Shown here: in pieces, positions 60,331 to 64,000 of the stretch
Numbering within the stretch: position 1 is the stretch's first letter
How the letters are laid out: every line of letters starts with the position of its first letter
Assembly: GCF_048593235.1 (NCBI RefSeq)
Contig: NC_133622.1
Location: 239,227,198 to 239,291,197, forward strand
Origin: Sminthopsis crassicaudata
Lineage: Eukaryota
DNA: 64,000 bases
Reading direction: 5' to 3'
Notes under the pieces: model-generated
The model's input: only the letters and a program-made list of their open reading frames with translations
Told to the model about the DNA's origin: nothing
Database searches by the model: none
Made by a program: the position numbers and the translations under genes

Positions 60331-61204
60331 ATAAGGTGGAGAGGGGGCGGAGCCAAGATGGCGGAGAAGAAACACACGACTCAGTGAACGTCCTCACTCC
60401 CTCACAACCAATTAGATAAATTAAGTCTCAAAATTAGCTCAGGACTGATAGATACCACAAGGACTGGAAGCACGACTTACCAGCTGAAGAGAATCTGGAG
60501 TTTCAACAGGAAAGGTCAGTTCTCAGGGGAGGAATAAGAAAGACCAGCACAGACGGTGGGGTAGGGGCACACTGCGCCCATTGCGCTGGGAAGGGCTCTG
60601 GGATCAGAGAAGCCACTGAGGTAAAGGAATCTGGCACAGGCTGTTAGCTCTTCTCTGCTAATTATTTAGCAGTTCAGAAGAAAAAGCCAAAATATTTTAA
60701 AACTCAGATTAAATTTTCCCCGGACCCTGGGGGTGACTCGGCACCAGGGGGTGTGGCCTCAGCTACCTCCTGAGAATAGTTAAGAGACTGACAAGTGGGT
60801 GGATACGGCCCAAGGCAACACACACTGCCTAGCTTAGCTGGAGGGAGTGGAACTCAGCTCCAGGAAGTCCCAGAGAAGCGGAACCTTTGAACTACGGACC
60901 GCGGTTTCTGGCAGACACTTCCAGTTTGAGCACAGGGGCTTCTCACGTCACCTGCTGCAGACATCCACGCCCCACCCGGACACATAGGCTGAGCTTCTTG
61001 CTGTCTTCACTATTCTACGCCCTCAAAGCACAGCAGTGCTAATCACCTCTGAGGCACTTCCAGGGAGGGGGTGGGGAACTCTCTCCCAGAGCTCTCTCTT
61101 AGCGCGGGCGCAGGGGCCGCTGCATCCATCCGGTCTGGGAGGAAGCTGGTAAAGAAGTAAATAATTTCCTACCCCAGGGACAGACCCCAAAACATTTTTT
61201 AAGT

Positions 61205-62331
61205 ATGAGCAAAAAAGCTAGAAAAACTATAGATTCCTTCTATACAGAGAAAGAGCGGGTATCCAACCCCGAGGAAGTTAACAGCAAAGATTCAGAAGAT
61301 AACAACCTAAAGGGGAATGATTCCTGCCCCCCATCACATAACTCTCTCCTAGAAGAAGCTCTTAAGAAATTGAGGGAGATCGAAGAAAAATGGGGCAAGG
61401 AAAGGGAAGTTATGATAGAGAATAACAACGTCCTGAAATTGGAGTTGGAAAAAATAAAGAATTCACAGGAGATGCAGGGAAACAAAATTAGTGAATTAGA
61501 AAAGGTTAAAAAAACACAGGAAAGTAGGATTTCTGAATTGGAAAAGATAAAAAAGTCTCAAGAAAATAGAATTTCTGAATTGGAAAAAGAAAATAATTCT
61601 CAAAAAAAAAAATTAGGGAAATGGAAAAAAATTCAATAGAGCAAAACAATTCATTTAAAAACGAAATTGGGCATTTACAAAAAGAACTAAAAACTGTGAA
61701 AGAAGAAAATAACTCCTTAAAAGTCAGGATGGAACAAATAGAAATGAATGATTCACAGAGAACCCAAGAATCAGTCAAACAAAACAAAAAAAATGAGAAG
61801 CTGGAGAACAACGTCAAATACTTACTGGGAAAATCTATAGACCTGGAAAATAGATCTAGGAGAGATAATCTACGGAGCCTAGATTCTATTTTACAGGAAA
61901 TTACCAAAGAGAACTGTCCAGAGATAATAGAAACAGAAGGGAAAGTAGATGTGGAAAGAATTCATCGAACTCCTTCTGAAATAGACCCTAAAAAAAGAAC
62001 ACCACGGAATATTCTGGCTAAGCTGCAGAATTACCACACAAAGGAGAAAATCCTGCAAGCAGCTAGAAAAAAACAATTTAAATACCAAGGTGCCACAATA
62101 AGGGTCACCCAAGATCTGGCTGCCTCCACATTAAAAGATAGAAGGGCCTGGAACCTGATATTCCGTAAGGCAAAAGATCAAGGACTGCAACCAAGAATGA
62201 ACTACCCAGCTAAGTTTAGCATCTTTTTCCACGGAAGAAGATGGTCATTCAATGAAACAGAGGAATTCTATATGTTTCTAAGAAAAAAACCAGACTTAAA
62301 CAAAAAATTTGATCTACATCCACAAGACTGA
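61205..62331 (+). pseudogene. L1 ORF1 (coiled coil, RRM, CTD) with a 1-nt frameshift in an A11 run and a 12-codon in-frame deletion
   Basis: Two ORF-track pieces (61205-61639, 61621-62331) join if one A is removed at 61602-61612. Motifs DLENRSRRDN, ERIHR, ARKK...YQG...QDL, MNYPAK. Confidence 0.9.
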
Positions 62332-62852
62332 AGAGAAACAGAAAAAGGTACACAGAACCCTTGAGAACTGTAACTCTGTTGTGGGTATATAAAAAATACT
62401 CAAGGATAATTTGATTTTACTGATATAAAAGAAAAAAAGGGGGGTGTAGTAAAGGGAAGGAGGTCGGTTCAGAAAAAGGGGAAGAAGTGATAAAAAGAGG
62501 GAAACTACATCCCAGGAAGAGACATAGAAAATACACCATATCTGAGGGAACTTAGTGAGGGGGAGAATCATTGTGTGAATCTTACTCTCATCAGAAGAGG
62601 CTCAAAGAGTAAATAATTAACATATTTGTTTTTCAGAGAATTTTCTCTCACCTTATTAAAAGGGGGGAGAGGAAAAGGGAAAAGGAAAAGGGGAATAAGT
62701 GAAGGGACTTGGAGGGAGGGGGGAGGGATCCTAAAAAAAAAAAAAAAAAAAAAGAGGGAGGGTTGTGCGTCACAAGGGGGGTCTGTAAATTAAATATCGG
62801 GGAGGGGGATCAGGGGGGTCAAGGGAAAAAAGCATAATCTGGGGATAATACG

Positions 62853-64000
62853 ATGGCAGGAAATACAGAATTAGTAATTTTAACTGTAAATGTAAATGGG
62901 ATGAACGATCCCATCAAACGGAGACGGATAGTAGATTGGATCAAAAAGCAGAACCCTACAATATGTTGCCTACAGGAAACACACTTAAAGCAGGGAGATA
63001 CATACAGAGTAAAGGTAAAAGGTTGGAACAGAGCCTATTATGCTTCAGGTAAAGCCAAAAAAGCAGGGGTAGCTATCCTTATCTCAGATCAAGCAAAAGC
63101 AGAAGTAGATCTCGTTAAAAAGATAAGGAAGGAAACTATATCCTGCTGAAAGGTAGCATAAATAATGAAGCCATATCAATACTAAACATATATGCACCAA
63201 GTGGTATAGCATCTAACTTTCTAAAGGAAAAGTTAAGATAACTGCAAGAAGAAATAGACAGTAAAACTATAATAGTGGGAGATCTCAACCTTGCACTCTC
63301 AGATTTAGACAAATCAAACCACAAAACAAACAAGAAAGAAATTAAAAAAGTAAATAGAACATTAGAAAAACTAGGTATGATAGACCTTTGGAGAAAACTG
63401 AATGGCAATAGGAAGGAATATACTTTCTTCTCAGCAGTTCATGGATCCTATACAAAAATTGACCATATACTAGGACATAAAGATCTCAAAATTAAATGTA
63501 GGAAGGCAGAAATAATAAATGCCTTCTTCTCAGATCACAATGCAATAAAAGCTACATTCAGTAAAAAGTTAGGGGTAAATAGACCAAAAAGTAATTAGAA
63601 ACTGAATAATCTCATCTTAAAGAATGACTGGGTGAAAGAGCAAATTATAGAAACAATTAACAATTTCACCCAAGATAATGATAATGATGAGACATCATAT
63701 CAAAATCTTTGGGATGCAGCTAAAGCGGTAATAAGGGGAAATTTTATATCTTTAGAGGCTTATTTGAAGAAAATTGAGAAAGAGAAGATTAACGAATTGG
63801 GCTTACAACTTAAAAGGCTAGAAAAAGACCAAATTATAAACCCCCAACCAAAAATTAAACTCGAAATACAAAAATTAAAAGGAGAAATCAATAAAATTGA
63901 AAGTAAAAAAACTATTGAATTAATAAATAAAACCAAGAGTTGGTTTTATGAAAAAGCCAATAAAATAGATAAACCTTTGGTAAATTTGATCAAAAAAAAG
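62853..64000 (+). pseudogene. L1 ORF2 endonuclease and linker, disrupted
   Basis: LTVNVNGMN...ICCLQETH, GDLN, TKIDHILG, SDHNA. Frameshift near 63120, stops TAA at 63239-63241 and TAG at 63596-63598. Confidence 0.92.

Larger units (their letters stand above)
60341..64000 (+). mobile_element. Young, 5'-complete LINE-1 (5'UTR, ORF1, ~520-bp inter-ORF spacer, ORF2 start), inactivated; runs off the window end
   Basis: GAGGGGGCGGAGCCAAGATGGCGG start, CpG-rich 5'UTR, ORF1 from 61205 and ORF2 from 62853. Confidence 0.96.

Noticed and set aside
60341-64000. Retrotransposition-competent L1
   Set aside because: The A11 frameshift could be a sequencing slip, but ORF2 also has a frameshift and two nonsense codons, and ORF1 lacks 12 codons.

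Overview
Mammalian, almost certainly marsupial, genomic DNA. Australian marsupial/dasyurid is an inference from the tRNA-derived CORE-SINEs and the L1 type. The window is AT-rich and has one N gap. It is a tandem class II olfactory receptor cluster with five intact OR5D-like genes, all on +: clade A at 2608, 27452 and 41802, clade B at 18416 and 55515. There is also one clear OR pseudogene (~22.8-23.4 kb) and a possible ancient antisense OR relic (~50.6-51.4 kb). Flanking sequence shows an (A+B) block duplication followed by a further A duplication. The intergenic space holds L1 fragments, one near-full-length young but dead L1, SINEs, a 3'-truncated GAPDH retrocopy and several related betaretrovirus-like (ERV2-class) elements. 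The retroviral elements are the most unusual part. (1) A 3.45-kb gag-only provirus (6546-9998) has identical 435-bp LTRs ending in TA, an intact 609-codon gag, and two tandem primer-binding sites for two different lysine tRNAs. (2) A 1.8-kb provirus (43697-45507, minus) carries a complete 73-nt tRNA-Lys(CTT) copy plus a CCA-like end at its PBS position, joined directly to the middle of integrase; this is the structure expected if RT read through the whole tRNA primer. (3) An env-TM remnant has amplified and inverted 57-bp units. (4) An LTR has its 117-bp R/U5 segment flipped at an 8-bp inverted repeat. All alignments and divergences were judged by eye; no database searches were run.
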